A DNA stretch of 64,000 bases from assembly GCA_032718475.1 (NCBI GenBank), contig JAUCBJ010001570.1, positions 62,001 through 126,000 on the forward strand. The letters are read 5' to 3'. The DNA comes from Nemertoderma westbladi. Its lineage: Eukaryota > Animalia > Xenacoelomorpha. The notes under the pieces were generated by a model that was not told the origin of the DNA, searched no databases, and worked only from the letters and a program-made list of their open reading frames with translations. The translations under genes and the position numbers were made by a program. Below, piece by piece: positions 25,840 through 40,474 of this stretch. Position 1 is the first letter of the stretch. Every line of letters starts with the position of its first letter.

Positions 25840-28800
25840 AAGGCCCTGTTTAAAAAAAGCGTTGCACTTACATGTTTTCTATATAAATACTCATAACTTT
25901 TGAAGTTTTCAACCAATTTTCGTGAACCAGGGCTCATTCGAAATGTTTTTATATTCCGCTTCTGTTAAGAATCATTAAAATGTGATAAAACTAACACCCC
26001 TTATGATACAGACAAATATCACCCCCTTTGTGTCTACCAAATGGTATACTTTGGAAAATATTACTTTTATATAGCAATTTTGCTTTCTTTTCATTCAGGA
26101 CCAAGATAAACAACTCGGGTCTTTTATGTTTATATTGTATTCTGGAAGTGTTGTCTGACAATTTTAGACACATCAAAGACATACTCCAGGTATTATTCGT
26201 CAAATTGTGCATAGTAAACGATAGGGGATACAATAAAAGTAAATTGTTGGTAAAGAATAACATTTTTTAATGGCGCATGACACTTCGTGTGAACATAGTG
26301 TGCACATGCATGATAGCTCATTTGAAAGCCGGTAATTCAGGATTTGAATGTTGTATACAATTTGTCATGATATTGACTCTAATTCAAAACAGGAACAATT
26401 CATCTTCTCGAAGTTGCCAAAGGATATAAACTTGTATACTTTGGATCCATATTAATTCATATAAAATATTTAGGAAGAAAACTCGGGTTTATATCAACTG
26501 ACCCACCAAACGATGCAGAATTTCGCGGAGATATCGAATATTCTAACTACAATCGGCAAGAATACTTTGACTTTGAATTATGCTCCATTAATAGAGAAAG
26601 TTTTAGGTAATGGTGGTGAATACTTTGGAAATGTGATGTGATTTGTTACAAAGTATACATAAAATTATACAAAGTATACACACAAAGAATCACCATATTT
26701 TTCCAAAGTATACATCATTTTTAATAAATATGAAATGTAGAAAATGTATACAAAGTATACAACACTGGAACACTGCACTAAACACTAAACAATATGTTGG
26801 GCCATCCTTGTCCCCATTATTCTTGACGTTGATAATGAAACTAAACAATTAGGCCTACTTATTGCCTAGCTGATAGCTGTCCTGCAGCAGTAATAATCAA
26901 AAAGAAAATATCATTATTTTAATGTTCTAGATAAATATCTCTCTATCTAGAACATTAAAATAACGAGAGTGATAATGAGAGTCTAAGAAGAAGTTAATAG
27001 CAGAAATGCACAAGGAGGGAAAATCTTGGCAAACAATTTGTCAAAAGTTTGGCTTCAACAGAATGTTTATATGGCGTAGCTGTAATTCAAGAAAATCCAA
27101 GACGTCTATTTTAAAATGATGATGAGATTTCGAGAGCTTTACCATCCAAGAAACGCATTATTCGTGCTCTTGCAATCACTGCTAGAGAAGCTTTCACCAT
27201 TTTTAAGACGAAATACCCATCATTTCCACTCGGTTTCTCTTCCTTCTGGTCATGTAAACCATCGTGTGTTAGAAAGATCAAAGGATCAGATAGTCGTGTT
27301 TGTTTGTTTTCGATTCAAGCTCGAGGCAATGGTTGCTGTGGGTCGAAGATTGAAAGTATGCAATTTGCCTAACAACGAGTTCGCTTTTAACTCTCGTATG
27401 AAATCAGATAGTGGGTGCGCCTGCCAACCCGTTGATTGCTACAAAATTCACGCTGATCCAGTTTGTTGTAGCGATCAAATTATTTCATCTTTATCATACA
27501 ATAGCAAACTCAAAATTAAAATACAAATCATGGGTAAAAGAGAAAGAGAGCAACAGGTGGGTTTTAAATGAAATTGAAATTGATAGCGACAACCTTGTTA
27601 ATTATTAAATCATTGATTTTACATTTATTTCGCGGCATTTATTTCACACCAGTATGAGGCTCGCCGTTATCTTTCTCAATATCAGCAGGAGGGTCAGGTT
27701 TTAGTTTGGATGGATTTTCCTGAGATACCGTCACAATGAAATTCAACAAGCACATTGGAACAAATTGCAAATCACAATTCACCCCGTTAGAATTTACTTA
27801 ACAGCAGCTGGTCAATCTATTAACATGGCATTTATATCGGACAGCAAACAACATCACAATCATTATTTTGTTCTACTTGTCATTCAAAAAATAGTTCAGT
27901 ACCTGCGTCAGTACCTGCGTCAGTACCTGCGTCAGTACCTGCGTCAGTACCTGCGTCAAGAGGGTCACTTTGTTGATAAGTTTATAAGGTGGTCTGATGG
28001 TGCTGCCAATCAGTACAAGAGTCGCTTTGCTTTGAATGATATGGTTTCTCTCTCAGATAATTTGGACATAAACATAGTCTATCATTTCTTCGAAACGGTC
28101 CATGGAAAAGGCGCCCCGGATGGGTTAGGTTCCCTTATAAAAGGATGGGTTAGGTTCCCTTATAAAACGGGAAATGGATCGCCTGGAGTTGAAAGGTAAA
28201 GTCATTAACAGTGCCTATGACTTCTTTGAACTTTCTGGTAGAACCAAGTTGCGTGAAAGCTCGAAAGTGTTTTTCTATTTAAGTGCTGAAGAGGTAGTAA
28301 ATATCGGCAACGATGACGAAAGTCCGCGTAAAGTTTATGGACTCCGAGATATTCATAGTGTTGAGTTAATATTAGGGCAATCGCTAAGGTATGAGTTACG
28401 CCATCTATCCAGTTCATTGTTTACTCCTAAATATATCCAGGTTGATAGAAGGACATGTATCAAAGGTGGCAAGCAATCTGAAGCTGAAGAAGTAGATCTA
28501 CCAGGTATTGTTAGAGACGGAGGAAAAGTAGGTGATAGGCGAGAAATTCATTTTGATTGTTACAACGATAATGATGAGACTTTTCTTGGCTTTCATACCT
28601 ACCCAATCAGGAATTCTAAAAACTAGCATAGACTAATTTTCGCATTGATAATTCATCCACCCATATACACATGTATTACATGGCTAGGACGTAAGACTAA
28701 TAACTACTATTGCCGTGTATTTGTATACGTATATTTGGGTAGGGGTACCGGTATAAATAAATGAGTTATTGTTTCTGAGTATGGTATACTGGTATATATA

Positions 28801-29002
28801 TTGATTAAAAATAGATATTGGGAGAATTGGCATTGATTAATTTTTCATTTTCGGTATACTTTGGGTAACAAATGTGTATACTTTGAGATACATGTCATCC
28901 AAAGTATTCTATAAAATGTATACCACAAAAACATTATCCAAAGTATTACACAAATTTGTATACTTTGGTTGCTAATTTGGTATTTTTTTTAAACAGAACC
29001 TC
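25840..29002 (+). mobile_element. Decayed Sola2-like DNA transposon
   Basis: Imperfect TIRs AAGGCCCTGTTTAAAAAAA and GAGGTTCTGTTTAAAAAAA. It interrupts an older repeat whose uninterrupted inverted relative is at ~59530-60010. Confidence 0.6.
27116..28626 (+). pseudogene. Frameshifted transposase (Sola2-like)
   Basis: Motifs VWMDF, EIQQAHWNKLQITIHPV, RWSDGAANQYKSRF and FETVHGKGAPDGLG, broken into several ORFs. Confidence 0.75.
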
Positions 29003-30524
29003 AACTAAAAAGACTAACTAGTCCGTCAACCTTGGTCCAAATTTCTTGAAATCAACTTTTTTGGATTCAGCATGATCGACTCTACAAAATCTATCTTATA
29101 TAATTTTTAATTAGCTAATTAAAAAAAAATAATTAATTTATTTTAATTATTTTGATTAAAATCAGCTATACTGTACTGTTAAAAATGAAAAATGGAATTC
29201 TGAGATAATTGCCTTTAAAGTTTGAACCTTCCCGCGCAAAATCTGTCTGTTAATATGTAAGTCTAATAATGTCTGTCAATTATATCTAGCCCTCCATCCC
29301 CTTATAAGGTAGCACATATAGCAATATATAAGGTAGCGCATATCCTCTATGATGCAGAATTTATCATGCTGAATCTCAATATGGAAACCGTTTTCCCATA
29401 TTATTTTGCTTAGTTGTTTTCGAGATATTTGGGATAGAAGACACTGGCTCCGATATATCGCGATATCGGTAAATGCGATGAAGTTTGGGGTTTACATTCA
29501 ATTTATGCCCTCAGTGGTGCCAATTGGATGTCTCCACAAGCAAGATCACACACTTATAATATATATTGGACCTACAACTGGTCAGTTTATAAGACAACTT
29601 CAAGTCTCTAAAATCGTACGAAGCTCATTCGAAAGATCTTTTCTCAGAGAACAAAGTTACCATTTGGTTTGGCAAACTCTTGAAAGCTGCCGAGAAATCA
29701 TAACTTGAACAAAATCTGCAAGGCATATTTTACCGTAATTAATATATGTTGCATCACAACACACAACTACTGGGGTGGGTGAGGGCTCGGCTTTCCATCG
29801 CCTTGGTCCGGGTCGTGGGTCTGTGTCTGAGGGGTGGGTTGAGGTCGTGGCGGCCAATAGCGCTGGACGACGGCGCAGGGATGTGGACGGTGGTGATTTA
29901 AAATAGATTTTTATTCAATTTGCGTTATTAAACTGTTATTTGAAATGTTTCGATTGTGAAATTAATAGTTATAAACTTTTGCAGTATATTTGACGACGTA
30001 TATATGTATTATTAACTGGTTATATACAGTTATATAACGTAATAATTATGCACAAATAAACACAATCAATTAATTAAGTTATAAAGTAGCGTTGCAGCAT
30101 CACAACCATTTTATTTTAAATCTAATGGTAACTTTATTGTGTGAGAAAAGAGCTTTCGAATGAGCCTAAAACGAACTTCGTACGACCACTAGAACTGGAG
30201 ATTATATATTTTGAAGATCTCCGAAGAGCGATAAGTATATTCCGTGTAATCCCGCATTCCAAACGTAAAATGTTTTAAGAGGAGCACAACTCATAGTTAT
30301 TAAAGTTATTACTTTTTGTCTAAATTTATGGAAATTAACGAATACATAGTGTCAATTCTTTATTATCATTTAATAAAGAGATTTATTTTAAATGGCAGTT
30401 TCTCTATGTGACGTCGTTCTTCATATTTGTCAAAAAAAATATTTTTGTTTCCGATTTCGACGAAATTTGGTATGCTGGTTCCGATTGCATTTATATGATT
30501 TAATTTTGAAAAAAATCAATATAG

Positions 30525-30734
30525 GCCGAGCCGAGCCGAGCCGAGCCGAGCCGAGCCGAGCCGAGCCGAGCCGAGCCGAGCCGAGCCGAGCCGAGCCGAG
30601 CCGAGCCGAGCCGAGCCGAGCCGAGCCGAGCCGAGCCGAGCCGAGCCGAGCCGAGCCGAGCCGAGCCGAGCCGAGCCGAGCCGAGCCGAGCCGAGCCGAG
30701 CCGAGCCGAGCCGAGCCGAGCCGAGCCGAGCCGA
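30525..30734. repeat. (GCCGA)42 perfect pentanucleotide microsatellite
   Basis: Direct reading. Confidence 0.98.
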
Positions 30735-30963
30735 ACTACGGAACTTCGAATTCGAAGCTCATCGACATTATAAACTATTGACCGAGGGAAATTTCGAGTG
30801 GAAGTTTTAATGTTGGTCAACGAAGTCGAGAAAAAAATTTAAAATTTTTTATGCGCATCGCACTCGCGTTTTCATGGGTATCGATCTTAGGGCCTTGTGT
30901 ATATGGGGCATGGGGCCTTTATTTGGGAGTAGAAAATAACGTGACGTGGCGCGGCTGTTTAAT

Positions 30964-33900
30964 GTTTCACTGGGTTTAACCAATAAACAAATAACGTTTC
31001 AATTGGTTTAACCAATAAACAAATAACGTTTTCAATTGGTTTAACCAATAAACAAATAACGTTTCAATTGGTTTAACCAATAAACAAATAACGTTTCAAT
31101 TGGTTTAACCAATAAACAAATAACGTTTCAATTGGTTTAACCAATAAACAAATAACGTTTCAATTGGTTTAACCAATAAACAAATAACGTTTCAATGTGG
31201 TTTAACCAATAAACAAATAACGTTTCAATTGGTTTAACCAATAAACAAATAACGTTTCAATTGGTTTAACCAATAAACAAATAACGTTTCAATTGGTTTA
31301 ACCAATAAACAAATAACGTTTCAATTGGTTTAACCAATAAACAAATAACGTTTCAATTGGTTTAACCAATAAACAAATAACGTTTCAATTGGTTTAACCA
31401 ATAAACAAATAACGTTTCAATTGGTTTAACCAATAAACAAATAACGTTTCAATTGGTTTAACCAATAAACAAATAACGTTTCAATTGGTTTAACCAATAA
31501 ACAAATAACGTTTCAATTGGTTTAACCAATAAACAAATAACGTTTCAATTGGTTTAACCAATAAACAAATAACGTTTTCAATTGGTTTAACCAATAAACA
31601 AATAACGTTTCAATTGGTTTAACCAATAAACAAATAACGTTTCAATTGGTTTAACCAATAAACAAATAACGTTTCAATGTGTTTAACCAATAAACAAATA
31701 ACGTTTCAATTGGTTTAACCAATAAACAAATAACGTTTCAATTGGTTTAACCAATAAACAAATGACGTTTCAATTGGTTTAACCAATAAACAAATAACGT
31801 TTCAATTGGTTTAACCAATAAACAAATAACGTTTCAATTGGTTTAACCAATAAACAAATAACGTTTCAATTGGTTTAACCAATAAACAAATAACGTTTCA
31901 ATTGGTTTAACCAATAAACAAATAACGTTTCAATTGGTTTAACCAATAAACAAATAACGTTTCAATTGGTTTAACCAATAAACAAATAACGTTTCAATTG
32001 GTTTAACCAATAAACAAATAACGTTTTCAATTGGTTTAACCAATAAACAAATAACGTTTTCAATTGGTTTAACCAATAAACAAATAACGTTTTCAATTGG
32101 TTTAACCAATAAACAAATAACGTTTCAATTGGTTTAACCAATAAACAAATAACGTTTCAATTGGTTTAACCAATAAACAAATAACGTTTCAATTGGTTTA
32201 ACCAATAAACAAATAACGTTTCAATTGGTTTAACCAATAAACAAATAACGTTTTCAATTGGTTTAACCAATAAACAAATAACGTTTTCAATTGGTTTAAC
32301 CAATAAACAAATAACGTTTCAATTGGTTTAACCAATAAACAAATAACGTTTTCAATTGGTTTAACCAATAAACAAATAACGTTTCAATTGGTTTAACCAA
32401 TAAACAAATAACGTTTCAATTGGTTTAACCAATAAACAAATAACGTTTCAATTGGTTTAACCAATAAACAAATAACGTTTCAATTGGTTTAACCAATAAA
32501 CAAATAACGTTTCAATTGGTTTAACCAATAAACAAATAACGTTTCAATTGGTTTAACCAATAAACAAATAACGTTTCAATTGGTTTAACCAATAAACAAA
32601 TAACGTTTCAATTGGTTTAACCAATAAACAAATAACGTTTCAATTGGTTTAACCAATAAACAAATAACGTTTCAATTGGTTTAACCAATAAACAAATAAC
32701 GTTTCAATTGGTTTAACCAATAAACAAATAACGTTTTCAATTGGTTTAACCAATAAACAAATAACGTTTTCAATTGGTTTAACCAATAAACAAATAACGT
32801 TTTCAATTGGTTTAACCAATAAACAAATAACGTTTTCAATTGGTTTAACCAATAAACAAATAACGTTTCAATTGGTTTAACCAATAAACAAATAACGTTT
32901 CAATTGGTTTAACCAATAAACAAATAACGTTTCAATTGGTTTAACCAATAAACAAATGACGTTTCAATTGGTTTAACCAATAAACAAATAACGTTTCAAT
33001 TGGTTTAACCAATAAACAAATAACGTTTCAATTGGTTTAACCAATAAACAAATAACGTTTCAATTGGTTTAACCAATAAACAAATAACGTTTCAATTGGT
33101 TTAACCAATAAACAAATAACGTTTCAATTGGTTTAACCAATAAACAAATGACGTTTCAATTGGTTTAACCAATAAACAAATGACGTTTCAATTGGTTTAA
33201 CCAATAAACAAATAACGTTTTCAATTGGTTTAACCAATAAACAAATAACGTTTCAATTGGTTTAACCAATAAACAAATAACGTTTTCAATTGGTTTAACC
33301 AATAAACAAATAACGTTTTCAATTGGTTTAACCAATAAACAAATAACGTTTCAATTGGTTTAACCAATAAACAAATAACGTTTTCAATTGGTTTAACCAA
33401 TAAACAAATAACGTTTCAATTGGTTTAACCAATAAACAAATAACGTTTCAATTGGTTTAACCAATAAACAAATAACGTTTCAATTGGTTTAACCAATAAA
33501 CAAATAACGTTTCAATTGGTTTAACCAATAAACAAATAACGTTTCAATTGGTTTAACCAATAAACAAATAACGTTTTCAATTGGTTTAACCAATAAACAA
33601 ATAACGTTTCAATGTGTTTAACCAATAAACAAATAACGTTTCAATTGGTTTAACCAATAAACAAATAACGTTTCAATGTGTTTAACCAATAAACAAATAA
33701 CGTTTCAATGTGTTTAACCAATAAACAAATAACGTTTCAATGTGTTTAACCAATAAACAAATAACGTTTCAATTGGTTTAACCAATAAACAAATAACGTT
33801 TCAATGGGTTTAACCAATAAACAAATAACGTTTCAATTGGTTTAACCAATAAACAAATAACGTTTCAATTGGTTTAACCAATAAACAAATAACGTTTCAA

Positions 33901-34165
33901 TTGGTTTAACCAATAAACAAATAACGTTTTCAATGGGTTTAACCAATAAACAAATAACGTTTCAATGTGTTTAACCAATAAACAAATAACGTTTCAATTG
34001 GTTTAACCAATAAACAAATAACGTTTCAATTGGTTTAACCAATAAACAAATAACGTTTCAATGGGTTTAACCAATAAACAAATAACGTTTCAATGTGTTT
34101 AACCAATAAACAAATAACGTTTCAATGTGTTTAACCAATAAACAAATAACGTTTCAATTGGTTTA
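30964..34165. repeat. 32-bp satellite, ~100 copies
   Basis: Unit GTTTCAATTGGTTTAACCAATAAACAAATAAC. Confidence 0.98.
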
Positions 34166-34254
34166 AGTATATTACACAAAAATAATAATATACCTAAGTC
34201 GCCAAAGCTTTGTAGAGAGGAACAATAATTCGTACTACAATGTATGTGACACAA

Positions 34255-34260
34255 TTTATT
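34255..34260 (-). terminator. Candidate poly(A) signal for PDCD4
   Basis: AATAAA on the minus strand ~950 nt after the stop, just before the 32-bp satellite. Confidence 0.35.
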
Positions 34261-35204
34261 AATACACCAGTATTATTATTATGTGTATGTTTTTTGTAGT
34301 GTACGAAATATTGAGTATTATAAAGGGGTGGTTCAATTATAATGCTAAGTTCGTTAATAATTTGGATGGATTGTTAGACGACACCAATACTAACATTTAG
34401 AAAACAATAATGCGGGTCAAATCTATAAAATCTTGACTTGTCAACGAATTAGGTTTCTATATGGAATGGCTCGATCAATCCACTGCAGCTTTAGAATAAC
34501 AAATTATCGAAGGAAATATCTTTGTTGAAATACAATAACATGTTGGTGTTGTTCTGAAAAGCGACTCAGAAATCAAATTATAAAAAATACTCACAAGTTA
34601 ACCGTAACTCCCTTCCTTCTAATTACACACCTCTTCTTAGGTGTAAAATATATCGGGTTGAACCCGAAAGGCTGTTAAAAAGATAAATATGAATATTACC
34701 TAAACATTACCTACCGACAATCTCCATAAAACAATATACTTTTAATAACTAAAAGCTAAAAATAATACCCTCTGAAATATCAGCACTAAAGGACTCTTTC
34801 ATTATCATATGAGTCATACAATCCCTGAACTTCGTGGTCCCTGTCATATCCCAGACATTAAAATACAATAGTTAGTAAACTGCAACAACATGAACCAAGT
34901 CGAACTCAATTGGAAACAACCCATCAAACCAACAATTAATTTATAATAATATTATACTTACAATAATAGATATATAACTATAACGAATAAAAATAGACGC
35001 GGGATATTATAAGTGTTTCTGAGGAACGTGGCATGATAGATTAACACTTACATATATTATAGCACAAAACCAAATTATATACAATACTGGTCACAAAAAA
35101 CTCAATAAGTCACTCCTCAACCAACACAGATGTTCGTTCTTCTTGTAGTAGTTAGTTGTCCCACTATAATGACGTCATATAGTTTGACGACCTTTACATT
35201 GTGG

Positions 35205-35256
35205 TTAATGTTTAACCAATCCCCCATCACCCTCACTTACGAATCGTTTGCGACCC
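35205..35256 (-). CDS. PDCD4: PDCD4-like last coding exon
   Basis: Acceptor TTTTCCGCTAG|G. Encodes (R)GRKRFVSEGDGGLVKH*, the conserved PDCD4 C-terminus. Phase 2 matches the previous exon. Confidence 0.95.
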
Positions 35257-35642
35257 CTAGCGGAAAACAAGAAATTATACAACAGCCTCACGGGAAATAG
35301 AGAAATATAGTTTGGTAAACTTACTTGGAAGAGCAAGATTATCACTTTGAGTATGTACTATAATGCTATTCGAAATGTAAATTCATATTAAAACAGAAGT
35401 CATAATTTATAAAAATTAAAACTTAAAAGAAAATGTTAAATTAAACATTCAATTTCAATTATTGGTTCAGGTTGATAGAAAGCTCGTAGGTCTATTCGTA
35501 CGGTACCGGCAATTCAGTCCTGCATGTCATTAACACACTGTTTCAGTTTCGGCATGCCGGTACTGACATCTATGATTAGCTACGGTATGTGGGTAGGCCG
35601 CTGTTGCACCGGTGGAGTATGCCGATGGACCATGGAATGAAA

Positions 35643-38004
35643 GTCGTTTAGCTGTACCAGGTGCACCGGTCGTTTAGCTGTACCAGGTGTACCGGTCGTT
35701 TAGCTGTACCAGATGTACCGGTCGGTTAGCTGTACCGGTCGTTTAGATGTTCCAGTGTACCGGTGGTTTAGCTGTACCAGGTGTACCCGTCGGTTAGCTG
35801 TACCAGGTGTACCGGTCGTTTAGCTGTACCAGGTGTACCGGTCGTTTAGCTGTACCAGGTGTACCGGTCGTTTAGCTGTACCAGGTGTACCGGTCGTTTA
35901 AATGTACCAGATGTACCGGTCGTTTAGCTGTACCAGGTGTACCGGTCGTTTAGCTGTACCAGGTGTACCGGTCGTTTAAATGTACCAGATGTACCGGTCG
36001 TTTAGCTGTACCAGGTGTACCGGTCGTTTAGCTGTACCAGGTGTACCGGTCGTTTAAATGTACCAGATGTACCGGTCGTTTAACTGTACCAGGTGTACCC
36101 GTCGGTTAGCTGTACCGGTCGTTTAACTGTACCAGGTGTACCGGTCGTTTAACTGTACCAAGTGTACCGGTCGTTTAAATGTACCAGATGTACCGGTCGT
36201 TTAGCTGTACCAGGTGTACCGGTCGTTTAGCTGTACCAGGTGTACCGGTCGTTTAGCTGTACCAGGTGTACCGGTCGTTTAGCTGTACCAGGTGTACCGG
36301 TCGTTTAGCTGTACCAGGTGTACCCGTCGGTTAGCTGTACCGGTCGTTTAACTGTACCAGGTGTACCGGTCGTTTAGCTGTACCAGGTGTACCGGTCGTT
36401 TAGCTGTACCAGGTGTACCGGTCGTTTAGCTGTACCAGGTGTACCGGTCGTTTAACTGTACCAGGTGTACCGGTCGTTTAGCTGTACCAGGTGTACCGGT
36501 CGTTTAGCTGTACCAGGTTGACCGGTCGTTTAGCTGTACCAGGTGTACCGGTCGTTTAGCTGTACCAGGTGTACCGGTCGTTTAGCTGTACCAGGTGTAC
36601 CGGTCGTTTAAATGTACCAGATGTACCGGTCGTTTAGCTGTACTAGGTGTACCGGTCGTTTAGCTGTACCAGGTGTACCCGTCGGTTAGCTGTACCGGTC
36701 GTTTAGCTGTACCAGGTGTACCGGTCGTTTAACTGTACCAGGTGTACCCGTCGGTTAGCTGTACCGGTCGTTTAGCTGTACCAGGTGTACCGGTCGTTTA
36801 GCTGTACCAGGTGTACCGGTCGTTTAGCTGTACCAGGTGTACCGGTCGTTTAGCTGTACCAGGTGTACCGGTCGTTTAGCTGTACCAGGTGTACCGGTCG
36901 TTTAGCTGTACCGGTCGTTTAGCTGTACCAGGTGTACCCGTCGGTTAGCTGTACCGGTTGTTTAGCTGTACCAGGTGTACCGGTCGTTTAACTGTACCAG
37001 GTGTACCCGTCGGTTAGCTGTACCGGTCGTTTAGCTGTACCAGGTGTACCGGTCGTTTAACTGTACCAGGTGTACCCGTCGGTTAGCTGTACCGGTCGTT
37101 TAGCTGTACCAGGTGTACCGGTCGTTTAGCTGTACCGGTCGTTTAGCTGTACCAGGTGTACCGGTCGTTTAGCTGTACCAGGTGTACCGGTCGTTTAGCT
37201 GTACCAGGTGTACCGGTCGTTTAGCTGTACCAGGTGTACCCGTCGTTTAAATGTACCGGATGTACCGGTCGTTTAGCTGTACTAGGTGTACCCGTCGTTT
37301 AACTGTACCAGGTGTACCGGTCGTTTAGCTGTACTAGGTGTACCGGTCGTTTAAATGTACCAGATGTACCGGTCGTTTAGCTGTACCAGGTGTACCGGTC
37401 GTTTAAATGTACCAGATGTACCGGTCGTTTAGCTGTACCAGGTGTACCGGTCGTTTAGCTGTACCAGGTGTACCGGTCGTTTAGCTGCACCAGGTGTACC
37501 GGTCGTTTAAATGTACCGGATGTACCGGTCGTTTAGCTGTACTAGGTGTACCGGTCGTTTAGCTGTACCAGGTGTACCGGTCGTTTAGCTGCTGTACCGG
37601 TCGTTTAGCTGTACCAGGTGTACCGGTCGTTTAAATGTACCAGGTGTACCGGTCGTTTAGCTGCTGTACCGGTCGTTTAGCTGTACCAGGTGTACCGGTC
37701 GTTTAGCTGTACCAGGTGTACCGGTCGTTTAGCTGCTGTACCGGTCGTTTAGCTGTACCAGGTGTACCGGTCGTTTAGCTGTACCAGGTGTACCGGTCGT
37801 TTAGCTGTACCAGGTGTACCGGTCGTTTAGCTGTACCAGGTGTACCGGTCGTTTAGCTGCTGTACCGGTCGTTTAGCTGTACCAGGTGTACCGGTCGTTT
37901 AGCTGTACCAGATGTACCGGTCGTTTAGCTGTACCAGGTGTACCGGTCGTTTAGCTGTACTAGGTGTACCGGTCGTTTAGCTGCTGTACCGGTCGTTTAG
38001 CTGT
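35643..38004. repeat. 26-bp intronic minisatellite, ~90 copies
   Basis: Unit GTCGTTTAGCTGTACCAGGTGTACCG, with 17-bp deletion variants. Confidence 0.97.
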
Positions 38005-38331
38005 CTCGCTGGCTAACTCGTATGTTATGTGCTATGAATGCTACTGGATTACTACTCGACGTATAAACATTTAATTTATTTATCTTACAACCCAGTGCAT
38101 TAGATATGCACGAACAACATAGTAGTTACATAATATTTCCATTTCCGAATAAAATTATTTGCTTACGGTAATATTTATTTAATTTTATATAAAAATTACA
38201 TAGATAGAATCCCCATATACAATTCTAATAAAATCTTTAATTCGTTTAAGAGATTTATATTAATTGAAACTTGTTAACTTTATTGTATATTACACGCAAT
38301 CTCATTAAATGTTAAAGAACAACTCCCTAAC

Positions 38332-38579
38332 CTCTGTGGCATAGCGTTGGCTACCGATGTCGTTATTACACCTCTCTCGAAGCAGATGTCAGTGAATGAT
38401 TCCGTGATTTCATAGGCCTTCGGAACATCGATGTTGAGGTCGGCAAGGTCTTTGTAGATTCTATCGAACCCTTTGTTAACCTGATCCCTGGTTATAACGG
38501 AACCCTCCAGATAAAGTAGTAAGTCGGCCATCTTAAGGCAGCATTCTCGGACACCTTCTACCAGCACCATGTAGATAAT
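38332..38579 (-). CDS. PDCD4: PDCD4-like exon (second MA3 domain, C-terminal part)
   Basis: CTTAG|ATT...CAGAG|GTTAGG. Encodes IIYMVL...ITRDQVNKGFDRIYKDLADLNIDVPKAY...MPQR. Confidence 0.95.
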
Positions 38580-40474
38580 CTAAGTGTAAAGAGGTACTTA
38601 GGTAACGAACTTGATACACCACCTAGTGGTTGATTAGGTACTACTTGATATACCTCATAGAGGTTGAATAGGTAGTACTTGATACACTGCCTACTGGTTT
38701 TAAGTAACTTAGCTGGATACACCACCTAGCGGTTGAGGTAGTACTTGATACACTGCCTACTGGTTTTAAGTAACTTAGCTTGATACACCACCTAGACGGT
38801 TGAGGTAGTACTTGATACAATGCCTACTGGTTTTAAGTAACTTAGCTTGATACACCACCTAGACGGTTGAGGTAGTACTTGATACACTGCCTACTGATTT
38901 TAAGTAACTTATCTTGATACACCACCTAGCGGTTGAGGTAGTACTTGATACACTGCCTACTGATTTTAAGTAACTTATCTTGATACACCACCTAGCGGTT
39001 GAGGTAGTACTTGATACAATGCCTACTGGTTTTAAGTAACTTAGCTTGATACACCACCTAGCGGTTGAGGTAGTACTTGATACACTGCCTACTGGTTTTA
39101 AGTAACTTAGCTTGATACACCACCTAGCGGTTGAGGTAGTACTTGATACACTGCCTACTGGTTTTAAGTAACTTAGCTTGATACACCACCTAGCGTTTGA
39201 GGTGGTACTTGATACACTGCCTACTGGTTTTAAGTAACTTAGCTTGATACACCACCTAGCGTTTGAGGTGGTACTTGATACACTGCCTACTGGTTTTAAG
39301 TAACTTAGCTAGATACACCACCTAGCGGTTGAGGTAGTACTTGATACACTGCCTACTGGTTTTAAGTAACTTAGCTTGATACACCACCTAGCGGTTGAGG
39401 TAGTACTTGATACACTGTCTACTGGTTTTAAGTAACTTAGCTAGATACACCACCTAGCGGTTGAGGTAGTACTTGATACACTGCCTACTGGTTTTAAGTA
39501 ACTTAGCTAGATACACCACCTAGCGGTTGAGGTGGTACTTGATACACTGCCTACTGGTTTTAAGTAACTTAGCTAGATACACCACCTAGCGGTTGAGGTA
39601 GTACTTGATACACTGCCTACTGGTTTTAAGTAACTTAGCTAGATACACCACCTAGCGGTTGAGGTAGTACTTGATACACTGCCTACTGGTTTTAAGTAAC
39701 TTAGCTTGATACACCACCTAGACGGTTGAGGTAGTACTTGATACACTTCCTACTGGTTTTATGTAACTTAGCTTGATACACTACCTAGCGGTTGAGGTAG
39801 TACTTGATACACTGCCTACTGGTTTTAAGTATCTTAGCTTGATACACCACCTAGACGGTTGAGGTAGTACTTGATACACTGCCTACTGGTTTTAAGTAAC
39901 TTAGCTTGATACACCACCTAGCGGTTGAGGTAGTACTTGATACACTGCCTACTGGTTTTAAGTATCTTAGCTTGATACACCACCTAGACGGTTGAGGTAG
40001 TACTTGATACACTTTCTACTGGTTTTAAGTAACTTAGCTTGATACACCACCTAGACGGTTGAGGTAGTACTTGATACACTGCCTACTGGTTTTAAGTAAC
40101 TTATCTTGATACCCCACCTAGCGGTTGAGGTAGTACTTGATACACTGCCTACTGGTTTTAAGTAACTTATCTTGATACACCACCTAGCGTTTGAGGTAGT
40201 ACTTGATACACTGCCTACTGGTTTTAAGTAACTTAGCTTGATACACCACCTAGCGGTTGAGGTAGTACTTGATACAATGCCTACTGATTTTAAGTAACTT
40301 ATCTTGATACACCACCTAGCGGTTGAGGTAGTACTTGATACACTGCCTACTGGTTTTAAGTAACTTAGCTTGATACACCACCTAGACGGTTGAGGTAGTA
40401 CTTGATACACTGCCTACTGGTTTTAAGTAACTTATCTTGATACACCACCTAGCGGTTGAGGTAGTACTTGATAC

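Noticed and set aside
30392-30820. RAEPS / LGSAR repeat proteins
   Set aside because: Translations of the (GCCGA)n microsatellite
30964-34165. CRISPR array (32-bp palindromic repeat)
   Set aside because: Units are head-to-tail with no unique spacers, there are no cas genes, and the context is eukaryotic
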